From Rebecca billardiae RCC1528 (taxonomy: Eukaryota > Protista > Haptophyta): a stretch of 64,000 nucleotides of DNA. The stretch lies in NCBI GenBank assembly GCA_965240325.2, contig OZ251246.1:806001-870000 (forward strand), given 5' to 3'. The notes below the pieces were generated by a model. It was not told the origin of the DNA and did not search any database. It saw nothing but the letters and a program-made list of their open reading frames with translations. Below, piece by piece: positions 61,193-64,000 of the stretch (its first letter is position 1; each line of letters starts with the position of its first letter). A program made the translations under genes and the position numbers.

Positions 61193-62458
61193 CCGGAGGT
61201 CCCCACGCACCCACCCCCGAACTCGCTTACCCAACGCGCGCGCGCGCGCGCACACGCACGCAACCTCAAAAAAAAAACCCAAAAAAAAAAAACGAGGACG
61301 TGCCACCTTGCGCTACAGACCTCTGGCCTCCTCCGTGTCATCCGCCTCCATCATCTCTCAGCAGCGCCCTCATCCTCAACGGGATCTCTCCTGCTCACAA
61401 ACGGGACCTTGCTGCCACACGCTGGCGCAGTCTGCGCGCAGCTTTGGCACCGTCGGCTCAGTCGCTCTTCCCGTTCAGCCAGGGACAAATCCCCACCACG
61501 CGCAAGTATATATTTATACATCACCATTTCGGCATGGTGTGTATCGGCATTTGCTGCATGCTCGCATATATGCTGCAATACCTGCCCTCGCATGCACATC
61601 ACGCAGACTGTGGGTGATGTTCGTCCATACTCAATGGCGTCGCGTCGCTCTTCATGCAGGAGGACACGTGGCGTTATAACGGAGTTATAACCGAGTGTGT
61701 CGGGAGGCTGGAAAGGCAACGCGCAGCTGGTGGACAAGGGCCGCCATCGTCTTCTAGGTCCTGCAGGTAGTTGCAGTCGATTTCCGGAGCTCATCGGCCA
61801 CGGAGCTATCCTTTATCATCATCATGGCGGGCGCTGGTCCTTTCATATCGGCCAACCACACTGGCTCCTCTGTAAGTACCCGCTCCTCTCCACTATCCGG
61901 CGCTCGAGATCATATACAAGGTCATCTTAAGTCGGCGTGGCAACTTACCAAAGTTCATATCAAGCAGCCCACCTAGCAGAGCTCGCTCGATCATCGGTTA
62001 CACGACCTTTCGGGCCGAGCTGCTCATCTCTCGGCAGCCCCTGCTTCGGCCTGCGCATCTGCAAAGCCCGAGGTCCCGCCATCTCCTCTGCGTTCTTTGC
62101 TTGTGCTCGTTGCGAAACCCGCCATCCGCCCCTGCAGCCTCCGTTGTGGTTGACAACCTTGTCGTCAGGCCTGTGAGTGCTGCGCTTGCCTGAGCCAGGG
62201 ACCTTGCTGCCACACGCTGGCGCAGTCTGCGCGCAGCTTTGGCACCGTCGGCTCAGTCGCTCTTCCCGTTCAGCCAGGGACAAATCCCCACCACGCGCAA
62301 GTATATATTTATACATCACCATTTCGGCATGGTGTGTATCGGCATTTGCTGCATGCTCGCATATATGCTGCAATACCTGCCCTCGCATGCACATCACGCA
62401 GACTGTGGGTGATGTTCGTCCATACTCAATGGCGTCGCGTCGCTCTTCATGCAGGAGG

Positions 62459-62462
<4 letters not shown>

Positions 62463-62540
<78 letters not shown>
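62463..62540. repeat. (TA)n microsatellite
   Basis: Seen directly. Confidence 0.97.
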
Positions 62541-62542
<2 letters not shown>

Positions 62543-62544
<2 letters not shown>

Positions 62545-62918
62545 CTGACTCTGACGCCTGCCCGTTGCATACCACGTCGTTAATATATGATCCTCATCCA
62601 GGCGCCCACACGGGCGCACGGGGGCGACAGCCGCGGCTGCCGCTTGCCGGAGCTGCTCGCCGCTAGGTCGGCGGGCGGCGACATCGACTACGACCTCACC
62701 CTCATCCAAGTGCTCCGGAAGGCGCTCGGCCGCGGCGGCATCTGCCGTCGCCGCCGCGTGCCCCAGGCCGAGGCGGTGCTCCATCCCGGCCCCGCAATCC
62801 CGTAGGGGGGCAGGGCTGCGGGTGGCGCACTGTCTGGCCTGGACGGAAGGCGCGGACGCATTCTATGTGTCTGTTGCACTCTGAGCCTGACGCTTGTCCG
62901 ATGCTGCCACGTCGTTAA
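62543..62918 (+). mobile_element. ~40-bp LINE 3' tail (62543-62583) followed by a family S copy (62590-62918)
   Basis: Both end CCACGTCGTTAA followed by ATAT. Confidence 0.8.
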
Positions 62919-63291
62919 ATATATCAATATATGATCGGCTACTACGCCGATCGGGAGAGTTTAATGGGCCCTGACTCAGAGTGATAAGTTAGTGGGCCTT
63001 GGTGGGCTGCCTGACCCGCATCATCTGATGTGAGTGAGTGATGATGTGACAATACCGATCCGTAGACCGTACGTCCGCCAGTGCCCCTTCGGGGCGGTCT
63101 TAGCCCCGGCCGCCTGGTCGCTTCCGGTGCGGACCTATATCGCCCACACGCGCGGTAGGGAGCACCGCCCACGCTTCTTCTTCAGTCTAACAGTATATTA
63201 TTATTTATTCGGCGAGAAAAGAGCGCTAAATAAGTAAAAATGGCGGCGGACGATGATATTGATGAAGATATCGCGATGACGATGTTCGTCG

Positions 63292-64000
63292 TCATTTGCG
63301 AACGGGCGGCGCATGCGCGCTGCCTGCGGCGCGCGCCGCTCTCCGAGCGGCATCGGCGTCGCGGATGCCGCGCGCGACGCGCTCGGCCGCCGCGCCGTGC
63401 GCCAGCGCGTCGTCGTCGAGGAAGAGCCACGCCTCGCGCAGCTGTGCCGGGGGCGCGGCGAACGGCGTGGTGGTGAGGCCGGCGGTGATGGGCTCGCGGA
63501 GCAGCGCGAGCACCGCGCGCGTGTGCGGTGCGTACAGCCGGTCGAGCCGCGCGCGCACGCCCGCGCCGAACGAGTGCCGCGTGCCCGCGCTGTTGCGCAC
63601 GCCCGTGTCGGCCGCGGCCGCGCTCGCGCCCGCGCTGCGCTGCACGCCCAGCCAGCGGCTCAGGTCTGCCAACACGCGCGCGCGCGCATGCGTGTAGCCG
63701 GCGAACGAGATGAGCGCGAGCTGCTCGGCGCGGAAGCGTTGCAGCACGGCGCGCAGCTGCGGCGCGTACGACCCCGCGGCGACCGGCCACGCCCCCGGGC
63801 ACGCGGGCGGCCACAGCCCGTCCTCGGCGCTCGCGTTGCGCCCGAGCGCGGCGCCGCACCGCTGCGCGGCGACCAGCCGCGCCGTCGCCCAGCCGTCGGC
63901 GGTGCGCTCGGCGGCGGGCAGCGCGGCGTACGACTCGGCGTGCTTGGCCACGTGGTCGAAGTGCGAGCGCAGCCGCGCCACCGGGTGGCGCAAGATGGCG
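63292..64000 (-). CDS. Sulfotransferase domain, C-terminal part (heparan-sulfate sulfotransferase-like), partial
   Basis: AILRHPVARLRSHF (3'-PB motif), GSYAPQL......F.AEQL, L..WLGV, RLDRLYAPHT. Runs off the window. Confidence 0.75.
   Translation of the reverse strand, partial: AILRHPVARLRSHFDHVAKHAESYAALPAAERTADGWATARLVAAQRCGAALGRNASAEDGLWPPACPGAWPVAAGSYAPQLRAVLQRFRAEQLALISFAGYTHARARVLADLSRWLGVQRSAGASAAAADTGVRNSAGTRHSFGAGVRARLDRLYAPHTRAVLALLREPITAGLTTTPFAAPPAQLREAWLFLDDDALAHGAAAERVARGIRDADAARRAARAAGSAHAPPVRK

Larger units (their letters stand above)
57599..62462 (+). mobile_element. DIRS-group split-direct-repeat (Ngaro/PAT-like) retrotransposon, family 1: A1 57599-58044, B1 61403-61667, A2 61668-62113, B2 62198-62462
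   Basis: Apparently identical 446-bp A and 265-bp B repeats in A1..B1A2..B2 order; RT-RNase H ORF; no TSD; inserted in (TA)n. Confidence 0.92.

Noticed and set aside
57599-62113. Classical LTR retrotransposon with A as the LTR
   Set aside because: No TG..CA ends with a TSD and no integrase; the B repeats are interleaved and the RT/RNase H is DIRS-type.

Overview
Very GC-rich, intron-containing eukaryotic DNA. The GC-rich (GC)n introns, a GC-AG intron and the gene set suggest a haptophyte alga such as Pavlovales; this is inference only. About 15 host genes are readable: an IGHMBP2-like SF1 helicase, a GAF/coiled-coil protein, an unknown spliced gene, a 7-exon Na+/Ca2+ exchanger, an ankyrin protein, RPS8, a GT29 sialyltransferase-like protein, a homeobox factor, an MFS sugar porter, ARL2BP/BART, a membrane-anchored TTL-like ligase, two sulfotransferase-like proteins, a winged-helix/exonuclease/AAA fusion and an ABC-F protein. 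Between them lie nests of mobile elements centred on (TA)n microsatellites. (1) At least four families of split-direct-repeat (A1..B1A2..B2; Ngaro/PAT-like DIRS) retroelements share a hairpin terminus and an AC|GT internal junction. One copy has an RT-RNase H ORF, an NPGP motif and a 15/21-bp tandem array where a recombinase would be expected. (2) 3' ends of a CRE-like RLE LINE and a partner family with the same tail. (3) ~1.1-kb CAAGGG-ended fold-back MITEs. Paired repeat copies differ mostly by short duplication-plus-filler insertions rather than substitutions. All coordinates and alignments were read by eye; no searches were run.
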